NCBI GenBank assembly: GCA_030390025.1 | Contig: CM059449.1 | Coordinates: forward strand, 15,066,001-15,130,000 | Length of the DNA: 64,000 nt | Reading direction: 5' to 3' | Source of the DNA: Squalus acanthias | Taxonomy: Eukaryota | Shown here: positions 49,646 to 62,296 of the stretch, one piece after another | How positions within the stretch are numbered: position 1 is the stretch's first letter | How the letters are laid out: every line of letters begins with the position of its first letter | The notes under the pieces: model-generated | What the model was told of the DNA's origin: nothing | The model's database searches: none | The model's input: the letters and a program-made list of their open reading frames with translations, nothing else | Position numbers and translations under genes: made by a program

Positions 49646-51699
49646 CCTTAGGCAAAACTCAGACCTGTTTTAAAGTCTGCTCGATTAGATATCGAAGTGC
49701 GGATAATCCCTGATTAGATCGGGCTAAAATCTGGAATAAACGATATACCTTTCATAGCCGCATGACAAAATGTGCGTGCAATAAAGATCGCTTTATTATC
49801 AGAAAAAAAAATCATTTTTCACGGTATAAATTGCAAATACAAACGAACGTTATCAGTCGAAAGATATATCAAGTATTTGCTACCAAGTCATTTGCAACTT
49901 GTCAATAATAGTCCCTATTTTCCGTTAGCGCGTTCCTGGCTTGCAATATCGCCCAGCAGCAAATCTTGCACAGCCAGCCCTCGGTTTCCCATCCATTCAT
50001 TTTAACGCACCCAATACGATTGGCTGCTCACGCGCCGTTTCTGGATATGTGCTGCTGGCGGACGGGGCTTTCAGAGTATTGCAAGCTATATATAATGGCC
50101 ATGCTGAATGCACTGGTCAGAGAGCCGAACAAGTATTTTCAAAGCGTGAATTCCGTAATTTATTCAAAAATGACATCGACTACATTTGTCAAAAAACAAC
50201 GGTGCCTTTCCCCCCTCCCCAGATGGTCCATTTGTTTCAGAGTGAAAATTGAGTTAGATCTCCTGTGGAAACATATATTCCGTTCTCCGGCCAGGCGCCT
50301 CGTGACTGCTCGATCATTCACCCACGTTCGGAATGCCTGTCCTGTGGGAATACACATTCTTCAGTTATCTGAAGAGAATGAAACAAGTGCCAGCACAAAT
50401 CAACACAAATCAGATTGGGTCATTTTGGGCTGAGATGAGGAGGGATTTCTTCACTCGGAGGCTGGTGAATCTTTGGAATTCTGTACCCCAGAGGGCTGTG
50501 CATGTTCAGTCGTTGAGTATATTCAAGGCTGAGATAGATTTTTTTTAACTCTAGGGGAATCAAGGGATATGGGGATCGGGCGGGAAAGCGGAATTGAGGT
50601 CGAAGATCATCCATGATCTCATTGAATGGCGGAGAGGTTCGAAGGGCCGTATGGCCGACTCCTGCTCCTAATTCTTATGTTCTTATGTTCCTCTCAAGCT
50701 ACAAGGACACCATCCAACACGTTATCTTTCCTCTTTGTATCCTCAATGTAATCAAAGAAAGTCCCACCAAAATATCTCTCCCTCCTCCAATTCTTTCTCG
50801 AAACCTCCAAACTGTGTAATTGTCTCCCTCTTAATTTTCCCTTCCCCCCACAGTCAGTAATCTTTCCCAAATGCAATTTTGTGTCACCTAACCATTTTTT
50901 ATGTACTTTTAATTCTCTTATCAACATAATGATGTTTTCCTTCCTGACTCTTTAAACATCCGTCTCCATAAAAAGCTACATCGCAATATTTTGTACACCA
51001 TATTTATAATTAACATCAGAGATATATTAAGCAATTATGACTCCAAACAACATCCTACTATGTACTTACATAGAGGAAAATGACTATGGTAATGACAAAA
51101 CCCGCCTTTAATTTGAAAATTTCAATGTCAACTTTCATTGTCAAGATCTGTTGTCACCATTGTCATTTTTTTTTCTTCAAGCAAGAATTGTGAAGCTACA
51201 CAAGAAAGTACCTGTGCAGATCGCTATAATACGATTCATCTTGTTTCTGCAACTCCTTTGGAACAGAAAGAGAGCTGTATTAAAAGTTCAGACCGGGAGT
51301 TCATTTGCAATCGCTTCAAAACAACACGGAATGTGCATCTGCATTGTGAGCGGCCTCTGATTATTATTGAGAGAACGTTACCTGCGCGTGCCGACATGCG
51401 TATTGTGCCTCTGTGCCTCTGGGAAGCAGCTGGGAAGCTGCAGGAGGCAGACAGCCCTGGACCGCGTTCCCCACCAGCTTTCTACCTGTAGCCAACCCAA
51501 TTCCATTGGGAAACAGGCTGCCGGAGGGAGATAGCACAGCTCTCTCTCTCTCTTTCTGTGTCTAAACTCACAGGTGAAGAATGGTGATTCGAGTGAGATA
51601 CTCACGACCTGCTGCTCCAGCATGGGACACGTACGTACGAAATTAACAGGCAGGAAATGGGCACTTTCTAAATGGTGAAAAGCTAAAAACAGTGGCGGT

Positions 51700-52435
51700 C
51701 CAAAGAGACTTGGGGATCCAGGTACGTGGATCATTAAAATGTCATTAACAGTTGCAGAGAATAATCAAATCGGCAAATGGATTGCTGGCCTTTATGTCTG
51801 GACGACTAGAATACAACGTGGGTAGAAGTTATGCTGCAGCTGTCCAAAGACCTGGTTAGACCACACCTGGAGTACTGTGAGCAGTTCTGGGCAACACACC
51901 TTAGGAAGGATATATTGGCCTTGGAGGGGGTGCAGCGTCGGTTTACCAGAATGATACCCGGACTCCAGGGTTTAAATTATGAGGAGAGATTACACAATCT
52001 CTAAATTCTAGGGATTGTATTCCCTAGAATGTAGAAGGTTAAGGGGTGATCTGATCGAATTTTTCAGGATATTAAGGGGAACTGATAGGGTAGATAGAGA
52101 GAAACTATCTCCGCTGGTTGGGGTGTCTAGGACTAGGGGGCATAGTCTAAAAATTAGAGCCAGACCATTCAGGAGTGAAGTTCGGAAACACTTCTACACA
52201 CAAAGGGTGGTAGAAGTTTGGAACTCTCTTCCGCAAACGGCAATTGATGCTAGATCAATTGTTAATTTTAAATCGGAGATTGAATTTTTTTTGTTAACCA
52301 AAGGTATTAAGGGTTATGGGGCAAAGGCGGGTATATGGAGTTAGGTCACAGATCAGCCATGATCTCATTGAATGGCGGAACAGGCTCGAGGGGCTCAATG
52401 GCCTCCTCCTCTTCCTATGTTCCTATGTTTCTATG
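51700..52435 (+). mobile_element. CR1 3' fragment
   Basis: RRLRGDLIEFF...KHFYTQRVVEVWNSLP; TTCCTATG tail. Confidence 0.85.
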
Positions 52436-52653
52436 AAAAGACATGTTGGTCCATTAAGCCTACCCCACATCAGGATGGCTGGACTCTCAAAGCCATATAA
52501 CCTCCAAGAGAGGTGAGTAGAGAATTGAGGGAAAGGTAACCCTGTATTTAATTGATAGTTTTAGTTTCTATTTAATCTCTCAGTACGGAGATAACTCTCT
52601 TAGACAATACTTGTTTACCCTGTTTGAGAACCACGAGGAATAAATATTCTTAC

Positions 52654-52695
52654 CGAGTATACTTGTGCAGACGTGGATGGATCAATAAGGTGCTC
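52654..52695 (-). CDS. Candidate cytoplasmic exon (EHLIDPSTSAQVYS)
   Basis: Good acceptor tcttattttcgttAG and donor GTAAGA; 42 nt, phase 0-0; no homology support. Confidence 0.3.
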
Positions 52696-54449
52696 CTAAC
52701 GAAAATAAGATGTGCGTAAACATTTACGTAGAATAAACAGCTGATCATAACTATATACAAGCTTATTTTGATTGGGGTATCAACCCATTTAACACTAGAT
52801 TCCCTTTTTCAAACAACCACAAAAGATAGATGCGTTAACGTCTCTGTTCGAGTACCAAAGTGTGATAATAGAAATATAAGTGTTAATATCTCAATTAAAA
52901 TAAACCAGAGAGGAAATCAGTTAGCTTCTGAAGCACTCAATTGTGTTACCTGGGAGGAAATGGCGTATCAACTAAATGTTCCAAAGCTCGATTACACAGT
53001 GGCGTTCAATGTCTATGCCTCTTCTCCGAATCGTTCATTATAACTTCAACGGGAAATCGAGGAAGGCCCGGGGACGCAGTATAACTGCCATGTATGCCAT
53101 TTCTCAGGGCTTTCCGCCGATCTTTCCCCAAAGTTGCACAGAGGATGGGTAGAACACCCAAAGTAATTCAAGCCCAGTATGCCGACTATTCCACAAAGCT
53201 TCCCTGCAAGGTCCACATGAAAAGCTGTACACAGGCTTAAAGCACTGGTTATCCTGGAGAAAACTGGGATGTGGGAAAGGATTGAGCAGCAGGTACTGCT
53301 TAGTTAAATAATGCCAGCTTGAGCTGTATTAGGTGGAGTGTCCCAGAGAGCGACTGGGGAGGGGGAATCCCTACTTCTCCTGATCTATCAAATTGACCTG
53401 AAAATAGCAACGCAATAAAAGTTGGCGAAATTTACAGCTGGCACTATAGGGTCGCGGGAAGCCTGTAATCTGAAAGGCAGCCAAGGAATTATAGACATAT
53501 CCAAAGAGCATTTGCAAATGAGTAATCCCATATAGATAAATGCCACGTCTTTCACATTGGAAGGGAAATGGAAGACTTGCCTAGGTCAATCAATGGCTTT
53601 GAACTTCCTTGGGGTAAATGTAAAAAGAATCCTGCGAGTGGTGCTATACTCAGCACACACCATTTCTAGTCATCCCAGAAGGGAATTTAACAAAGGTAAC
53701 AGAAGACTGGACTATATTGTTCAACCGTTAATGTTTACATCTGAGGGAGTCACACTAAAATTAAATCGTGCTCTGGTTAGGTTGCGCTTTGAATAGTGCA
53801 TTCAGTTATGGGTGTACAGTTGTAATGAAAACATCACAACAGCAGTGCAACCGTCCATAGGCTGAATCCTATTTTCAGAGGCGAGTTAGAAGAACGGGGG
53901 AGAACAATTTGGATTCCTGATTCTTAAAAAGAGTCAATCGAGACGGCGTTTTGTAGAGGAACAGGAATTGAATAGAAAAACACTATTCAAGTTAAACGAG
54001 GACGTCGGCATAAACTGGTAAATGGCGAGGTCAGGGCTGATGTCAGAAATATTTTTTTTCAAACAAGCAATGATGAAGATCTGGAATGGTTTTTTTTTGG
54101 TAGGGTAGTGGAGCAAAAACATCTGAAGTCAGTTAAGAGAGATTTAAGGACTATGATGGGCCGATTGTAGGTTTTTGTGGAAGGGTGGGTTAGATGCATC
54201 AGTGATTAAAAGTGTGATCTTTGTGTATTGACATCCTAATCGTACGTTGGACAAAATATAGCGTTAAATGATGAATCCACTGACACGGAGAGGATGCAAA
54301 GCTGATAATAATGTGCATAGTATTCGAAACAGGATGTATACTAAAGGTTTGCTACTACATAAAGCAGTTGGAAGAAGGTATTTTTTTACACTGAGACATC
54401 TCGTTAAAGATCAAGCCCAATAGTGCAGGATACCATTAAAAAAATATAT

Positions 54450-55172
54450 TCGTTCATGGGTTGTGGGCGTCGCTGGCAAGGCTAGCATTTATTGCCCATC
54501 CTTAATTGCCCTTGAGAAGGTGGTGGTGAGCCGCCTTCTTGAACCGCTGCAGTCCGTGTGGTGAAGGTACTCCCACAGTGCTGTTAGGGAGTTCCAGGAT
54601 TTTGACCCAGCGACAATGAAGGAATGGCGATATACTTTCAAGTCAGGATGGTGTTTGACTTGGAGGGGGAATTTGAGGTGGTGGTGTTCCCATGCGCCTG
54701 CTGCCCTTGTCCTTCCAGATGGTAGTGTTTGCGGGTTTGGGAGGTGCTGCCGACGAAGCCTTGGCGAGTTGCTGCAGTGCATCCTGTAGATGGTACACAC
54801 TGCAGCCACGGTACGCCGGTGGTGGAGGTAGTGAATGTTTAAGGTGGTAGATGAGGTGCCAATCAAGAGGGCTGCTTTGTCCTGGATGGTGTCGAGCTTC
54901 TTGAGTGTTGTTGGAGCTGCACTCATCCAGGCAAGTGGAGAGTATTCCATCACACTCCTGACCTGTGCCTTGTAGATGGTGGAAAGGCTTTGAGTAGTCA
55001 GGAGGTAAGACACATGCCACAGAATACCTAGCCTCTGACCTGCTTTTTTTGCCACAGTATTTATGTGGCTGGTCCAGTTAAGTTTCTGGTCATTGGTGAC
55101 CCCCAGGATTTTAATGGTGGGGGATTCGGCGATGGTAATACCGTTGAATGTCAAGGGGTGGTGGATGAACAT
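54450..55172 (-). mobile_element. CR1/L2-group LINE RT C-terminal fragment
   Basis: ILGVT..QKLNWTSHI...IYKAQVRSVMEYSPLAW...LDTIQ; 3' tail shared with SINE-like copies. Confidence 0.8.
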
Positions 55173-55716
55173 TGATAATGCATTGATAAAAATACATAAG
55201 TGGGAAGAACGTTGTTAGTCATTACGGGACCGCGATGCCTTGAATGAAGGTTCTTCAAGAGTTATGGTGCCAGTGCTTAGCTTGTCAGAGCTGCTTTGCT
55301 TTGCCGGGTAACTTCACCGGGGTGTACGCCGCACTTTGGAAATGTTATGGCGGTGGTGCCGTCACAACTCCGAAGAAATGCAACGGTTGCAGACTAGCCA
55401 GCAGAGGAAGGGGAAAACCCAAGCCCTGGCTCATCTGAACAAAAGCACCAAGCAAGAGAATTGCCACGGGGTTCTCCCAATGTTCCAACCCTTCTCTTGG
55501 GTTTCCGCCAAAGTTTTGGTGGCGGATTGGGAGAACAGCCACAAAATTCGTACCCCAGTATCTACTTTTATTAAATAAGGATATTCTGCTCTTTGGACCA
55601 TTATGGATTTTTTTAAAGTGCGTAAATGTAAAAAGAAAATCAGTGATGAGAAATGAAAACACTTCAGTGCGCATATTATAAGATAAACTCTTGACTTCGG
55701 TTATTCTGCTACATAC

Positions 55717-55763
55717 CTGATCCTGAGCTTTGGCTGGAGACGCTGTTCTGCATTTCTTCACGT
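55717..55763 (-). CDS. Candidate gene C cytoplasmic exon 3 (DVKKCRTASPAKAQDQ)
   Basis: Phase 1-0 like A exon 3, with the same donor context GTATGTAGCA; the acceptor (ataAG) is weak. Confidence 0.35.
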
Positions 55764-57358
55764 CTTATGTGAAATTAAACCACACAATTTGATACAACAA
55801 TGTTATAAAACATGGAACCGTACGATGTAATACAATGTAACAATTATCATAAAACTTAGGATCATGTGGTCTGATGCAATATAATAGGACAGTAGCTCAA
55901 TTAATACTATTATTTGTTTATGTTTTCAATCTTAAATGGTTTTATAGTCAAGGGCGTTGAAAAAGATTAAAAGACCCATGAAGTAATGCGAATAAGTTTC
56001 AAAATGTGTTAATTACTGGTATAGTCAGATTAACAAACTGAAATTCAAAATGGAAAACTAGTAATTAGAGAATGAATGTATTTATACTGTATATTCAGCA
56101 ATACTGACAAACAGTTGCCACTTTCCAGTATAAATTAAGAGTTGGGTTAGAATTAACTCCACAGAGAAGCAGCGTGAGACTCCCTGGAGGGCTTGACTTT
56201 GGAGTTGACTCTAGTTCCACATGAAAAGAGTTTTAAAAGCTGTTTGCATGGTTCATTGGATCTTGGTGACAGTTTATAAATCTACCTGGAGTTATCTAAA
56301 ATAGATACATACAGTTTACAAACAGCCCCGCAGGCAATTTGTACCCATATCAGGGTTGATTTTCCGCATGAGCCAAGGCTTGGGTTTCCACACCAGTAGA
56401 TGAGCTGCAGTCTGAAGCTGGCCCATGTGATGTGCCAACTTGAAGAGATGAGCAACAATCTCGAGTCCCTGAAACTGACACAAAGCTGCAATCCTTCTGC
56501 CATGCTCTTGTCTCAGGATAACGAGCTGGACAGAGCACCAGACTAACTGGCTATGTACAAAGGGGAAGCATCGTTGTGGATTTCTGTCCAATAAATGCAC
56601 TGACTGCGAAACAGCTTGGATGCCTTCAAAAGGAAACTAGACGAATACATGAGAGAAAAGGGAATAGAAAGATAATGCTGAAAGGCTGAGATTATGCTTT
56701 TTACAAAGCCCTTCTGGTGCTACTGGGAGTTGAGTTTTTTGTAATAGATTGATTAATGTTGCAAGAGACTGCAGATAGATGCAGAGTCACGCAGGAATGT
56801 CTTTATTTGAGAGGAATTTAACAAGGAAGGAATAGAATTAAGGGGTTGGTCTAAATGACATGAGAAGGTTTCCAAGATGACATTTCTGCAGATGCTTCAG
56901 CAAGTAACAGCCCAACAGCCCTATGATCTGCTACAGGCACGTCTTCCTCATCTTCCAAATCCTCATGCTCCTCCTCTGACAGCTCCACTTCTTGCTACTC
57001 TGTGGATGCCCCTGTCAATGGCTAGGTTGTGCAGCACACAGCAGGCCACAATGACCCTGCATATCTTTCCCGTATTACGTTTCATTGCATCTCCGCTCTA
57101 CCTCATTACGTGAAGCCCCAACCAAGGTAGTCCAGGTCTCCTAGAAGCGACCCATTGAAACCAGGAAAATCGGCTCCACTGTCTGTATTTTGGTTGAGCA
57201 ATGTGCCTTCTATTTTACTATGCACGTGAGATGGAGCAGATATTTACAATGATATTCTTCGCTGGGATTAGTGCCCATGCATAACTGGGCTTGGCCAGAA
57301 AGGAAATTACCCATGAAAGTCTCAGGTTCAGTTCCTGGCTTGTGATGCATAGAATTCA

Positions 57359-57962
57359 GGGGAAAAATTGGATTGCTTTGCGCCCTGTTAGTGTACCCCA
57401 GGGGCTCGTGCGTGGCGCCGCTAACGCCTCCCGCGAAATTCAGCGGGAGGTTAGCGGCGGTGGTAGCCAGTAGCACCCCGCGACGCCCCGGTCGCAAACT
57501 TCAGTTGCGCCCCTGACCTATCACCGGACGATATGTCCGACAGGGTCAGGGTGGCTTTTTTGCAGCCACGGTGGCGTAAGTTAAAGGGCAGGTGTCGGGT
57601 GGCCATTTATTTTGGGTCACCTGCCAGCGCCTGCCCTCTTCCCCTTTTTTAGTTTGAGTGCCGGGCTGCTTTCCCGGAACCCCGCTCCCAGGTGATCCAG
57701 CATGGCCCGTGTGGGCCCCACCCCCCTTTAATCAGGTGAGGGAGGCCTGTAATACCATGGTGATACGTGCCGATGCGCGTGGCGCTGTTGCACGTAGCAC
57801 CATGATATTCACTTGTAGCACCCCAGGAAGGAGGGGGAGCGCTTCCAGTATTGCCCCGGCTCCGGCTTGGGGGCTACTACTGAATTAATGGTGCAGGGGC
57901 GCTAAAAGTAATGCGCCAGCGAACTTATCGCCCCAAAAGTGGCACGACCGAAATTTTCCCCC
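57359..57962. mobile_element. MITE-like GC-rich element
   Basis: Termini GGGGAAAAATT / AAATTTTCCCCC; GC-rich interior in AT-rich flanks. Confidence 0.55.
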
Positions 57963-58658
57963 AAAGAATATAAAGCACAGAAACAGGCCATTCGGCCCAA
58001 CTAGTCGGTGCTGGTGTTTATACTCCACACGAGTCTTCTCCCACTCCATCTACCTCATCTCAGCCTTTCAGCATATCTTCCTATTCCCCTTTCTGTCATA
58101 TACTCGCCTAGTATCCTTTTAAAGGCATCTAAGCTGTTTCCCTCAAACACTTCCTCTGGTAGCGAGTTCGACATTCTATACACACTGAGTAAAGAAATTT
58201 CCCCTTATATCCCTATTGGATTATTTAGTAACCATCTTGTATTTATGGTCCTTAATAGTGCTACAATTGTGGTCTGTGCGCTAGAGAGCCAGTTTTACAG
58301 ATCCTTGCTGTTACCCTTTAATTCCTGACAGACAGCCAAAGGTGTGCACCTTGGGTGACAACAGGATCGATTGGAGTTTCCTAGGAGGAACCATGCCCCC
58401 AGCAAGAGAAATGTGATAAAAATTAAAATGGATTGTGTCTACAAACCAAAGGCGAACAAGCAAGCAGCAAAGTATTACCAAAACAAAAGCAAAATACTGC
58501 GGATGCTGGAAATCTGAAATAAAAACAGAAGCTGCTGGAAATACACAGCAGGTCAGGCAGCATCTGCAGAGAAAGAAACAGAGTTAACGTTTCAGGCAGA
58601 TGGACCTTACTCAGAAGTTCTCAGTGACAGGTTGTGCACATTTCTTTCTGACACCCAC

Positions 58659-58826
58659 CTTTTTCATGGATCTCTGCGCAGAGCGGATCTGGACTGAAGC
58701 AAAAGAGGACAACAGAAAATTAGGACATCCAAAATAATAAAATACATTAAAGAAAAAGAAAGTGGCTTTCTTTAAAACAAAACTAGATCAATGTAAACAG
58801 TCACCTGGTGGGTTGCTGAAGAGCGA
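58659..58826 (-). CDS. Gene C cytoplasmic exons 1 (58826-58805) and 2 (58693-58659, PDPLCAEIHEK)
   Basis: Direct homologues of the A exons with intact splice sites; the Tyr of FYAQI is replaced by Cys. Confidence 0.6.
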
Positions 58827-59137
58827 CTGTGAGGAGAGAAAGACAAAGACAGAAAAATTAAAGAGTTGAATTTATTGATTATATCTGCAAGAAGGAACAG
58901 AAATAATTGTTATCGAATGAATTGAATCATATTTTGGGGGCGATTTTAACCAAACCCGCGGAGAAACGGACGTGATCGGGGGAAACGATTTGAAGTCAAA
59001 TGAGAGCAATATTGGGCGTGTCTAAACCCGGCGTTCCACCCGATCCCGTGCGTTTCCCGCCCGGTGAGTTCGGATCAAATTACCAGAGAATTTGCCAACA
59101 ACATTGAATTCAGTAGAGGTACAATTAGTGCTGTTAC

Positions 59138-59269
59138 CTCTCTTAGGACGCCGGCTGATAACAACTATGATTATGATGATGATGATGATCAGGAGAGGAA
59201 CCACTATCGTTAATAAGACGAGTGGTAGGATCATTGGTGCGGACTTGCCGTGGCTGCTCTCTCCACCAC
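59138..59269 (-). CDS. Gene C stalk/transmembrane exon
   Basis: GGESSHGKSAPMILPLVLLTIVVPLLIIIIIIIIVVISRRPKR; same splice sites as in A; 132 nt. Confidence 0.75.
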
Positions 59270-60824
59270 CTGTGTGTAAATGTAAAGTTTCTTTGTGAGA
59301 CAGAGCAGTCAAGAGCAGGACAATGGTCACATTGAGATTGAGGATCAGCAAATGTGACACTGATTCCCAATCCCCTTGGACATGCGGGGCTATTTCACAC
59401 TGGCATACATCAAACTAGGCCACGGATCAAAACGCAAAATGTCACCAGTGGGCAACTCGGGCTTTTACCACCCTGGAAGTAACACTGGAGGAATTTTAAT
59501 GTAGGGACGCTTAATGGGTTGGTGCCAGTTTCCTTTCATTTAAATCGCGTGGGGTGGCAGTGTGTTTGTGTGAGTTCTGTTAACATAGGAACATAGGAAC
59601 AGGAGGAGGCCATTCAGCCACTCCAGCTGGTTCAACCATTCAATGAGATCATGGCTGATCTGCGACCTAACTCCGTATACCCGCCTTTTGCCCCATATCC
59701 CTTAATATCTTTGGTTAACAAAACTCTATCAATCTCCGATTTAAAATTAACAATTGATCTAGCATCAGTTGTCGTTTGCGGAAGACTTCAAATCTTCTAC
59801 CACCCTTCGTGTGTTAGAGTGTTTCCTAATTTCACTCCTGAAAGGTCTGGCTCTAATTTCTACACCATGCCCCCTAGTCCGAAACTCCACAACCAGCGGA
59901 AATAATTTCTCTCTATCGACCATCTCTGTTCCTCTTAATGTCTCGAGAATGTCGCTCCTCCCGCTCAGTTTTCTAGAATTCACTAGACCCTGAAGATCCA
60001 ATAGGTCCTGAGCACTGACGAGAAAATCTTCGCCTCGTATTTACGGGATGCTTAAGACAAAACGAACATCTGGAAATGAGACGGGCCGAAATTGGGTGAT
60101 CAACGTGGTTCTTCCGCGGACCCATCTTTGCATTTTGTTGGCGCGCAATGTTGTAAGTTCTATTTACAAACACAACTATATCCGTCACTACCTCCATTTA
60201 CAGGATGACAGTGAAATCTAACTTATACATGTGTTGTCCGGTTTATTCCCAATATTGGCACGCGGTGATTTCAAGGCTCACGTGTTGCTCTAATTCCGGG
60301 GCTCCAGTCTTCGCCTCGCACACTGTAACTGGGTTGACTTCTTATCTATCGTCCTACCTAAAATTGTATACAGCAACTGAATGTAATTAATATCTCCCAA
60401 TTTATTTATTTTATTGATCATTCTCGGGATACGGGCGACGCTGGCGAGACGGGCATGTTATTTTCCATCTCTGGTTCACCCCTTGAGAAGGTGGTGGTGG
60501 GCCGCCTTCTTCTTGAACCGCTGCAGTCCGGTGTGGTGAAGGTTCTCCCGCAGTGCTGTTAGGGGGGCTGCTCCAGGATTTTAGAAGGAACGGCGATACA
60601 AGTCCAAGTCAGGATGGTGTGTGAATTAGAGAGGAACTTGGAGGTGGTGGTGTTCCCATGCGCCTGCTGCCCTTGACCTTCTAGATGGTGGAGTTCGCGG
60701 CTTTGGGAGTTCCAATTGATCTAATGGAGAATTTACCTATACGGCCAATATTACCCCCTAGAAAAATCCCATATGATTGCGTGCAATTTCATTGTTAAGA
60801 ATATCTCCACCTATCCAAACTTAC

Positions 60825-61159
60825 TGTATTGACCCTGTTCCACGGTCACTGTTGTCCCGGGTCCGTCTGCTGCAGCGATTCCCACGAGCTGCACTTTGCA
60901 GAAATAGAACCCGGCATCTTCCGGTTTCAGCTGAATGATTCTAATCGACGCGTTTCCCCTCTGGCTGAAATCCTCTCCACTTGCCCCGGACACCCTGCCT
61001 CTGTATTCCGCTGTATTGTTGGAAACTTAAATTCCCTGTTTGGTGCCTCGGTGCCACGTGTAGCTGCCGATTTCTTTGGGACCCTCATATCTACAGAACA
61101 GGTCCGCTGTCTGTCGTGCGGTTTTGGTGAGAGATTGAGGGATCTGAATTACGGTGATG
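60825..61159 (-). pseudogene. Gene C V2-type exon with in-frame stop (5' end in assembly gap)
   Basis: Close paralogue of A V2 and B V; TAA at 61029-61027 where A has GAA; donor GTAAGT intact. Confidence 0.8.
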
Positions 61160-61801
61160 NNNNNNNNNNNNNNNNNNNNNNNNNNNNNNNNNNNNNNNNN
61201 NNNNNNNNNNNNNNNNNNNNNNNNNNNNNNNNNNNNNNNNNNNNNNNNNNNNNNNNNNNNNNNNNNNNNNNNNNNNNNNNNNNNNNNNNNNNNNNNNNNN
61301 NNNNNNNNNNNNNNNNNNNNNNNNNNNNNNNNNNNNNNNNNNNNNNNNNNNNNNNNNNNNNNNNNNNNNNNNNNNNNNNNNNNNNNNNNNNNNNNNNNNN
61401 NNNNNNNNNNNNNNNNNNNNNNNNNNNNNNNNNNNNNNNNNNNNNNNNNNNNNNNNNNNNNNNNNNNNNNNNNNNNNNNNNNNNNNNNNNNNNNNNNNNN
61501 NNNNNNNNNNNNNNNNNNNNNNNNNNNNNNNNNNNNNNNNNNNNNNNNNNNNNNNNNNNNNNNNNNNNNNNNNNNNNNNNNNNNNNNNNNNNNNNNNNNN
61601 NNNNNNNNNNNNNNNNNNNNNNNNNNNNNNNNNNNNNNNNNNNNNNNNNNNNNNNNNNNNNNGTGTATATTTNNNNNNNNNNNNNNNNNNNNNNNNNNNN
61701 NNNNNNNNNNNNNNNNNNNNNNNNNNNNNNNNNNNNNNNNNNNNNNNNNNNNNNNNNNNNNNNNNNNNNNNNNNNNNNNNNNNNNNNNNNNNNNNNNNNN
61801 N
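61160..61801. other. Assembly gap (others: 1037-1175, 2613-2785)
   Basis: Runs of N. Confidence 1.
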
Positions 61802-61895
61802 TGCTTAATAAACGTTTTGGTGATCAAATGGGAATAGTTATTAAACACACAGGGGGAATGTTTATAGCCCATGCATCCAGACATAGAAATAGAAA

Positions 61896-62139
61896 TAAAA
61901 ACAGAAAACGCTGGAAATACTCAGCAGACTAGGCAGCCTCTGTGGAGAGAGAAACAGAGTTAACGTTTCAGGTCGGTGACCTTTCCTCAGAACTGGAAAA
62001 AGTTAGAGATGGAACAGATTTTAAGCAAGTGCAGGGGCAGGGAAAGGGAGGTGGGGAGGAAAGAACAAAAGTGACGGTCTGTGATAGGGTGGAAGGTCGG
62101 AGAAATTAAATGACAAAAGGGATGTTAGTACAAAGCAAA
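61896..62139 (-). mobile_element. Penelope-like terminal fragment with 17-bp TSD
   Basis: AGACATAGAAATAGAAA at 61879-61895 and 62140-62156; same family as 19149-19453, about 8989-9230 and about 58490-58618. Confidence 0.7.
61958..61994 (-). ncRNA. Minimal hammerhead ribozyme motif in gene C intron
   Basis: Minus strand AGTT-CTGAGGA-A-AGGTC acc GACCT-GAAA-CG-TT-AACT: intact core, perfect stems I and II. Confidence 0.6.
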
Positions 62140-62296
62140 AGACATAGAAATAGAAAGTTATGCAAATTTTCACTACATTAATCTATTTTCTTTACAAGTA
62201 AGACCCTCCGTGCTCAGTCCGCCGTTATATAGTAAGGGACCGGCCGACCCAGGGATTATCGTGGAACAGTCCGTTAGTAATAATCAGCCAACTCAC

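Larger units (their letters stand above)
58624..61159. repeat. Direct-orientation paralogue of about 16484-18990
   Basis: Collinear exons, introns and a shared CR1 fragment; homology stops near 58624. Confidence 0.9.

Noticed and set aside
49941-50433. CpG-containing region with CCAAT/TATA-like motifs and a 155-aa ORF
   Set aside because: No recognisable protein similarity or downstream exon chain; cannot be supported from sequence alone.
60829-61932. 367-aa, 285-aa and 227-aa ORFs
   Set aside because: Artefacts of reading through N gaps; the plus-strand 367-aa ORF is partly antisense to a V exon.
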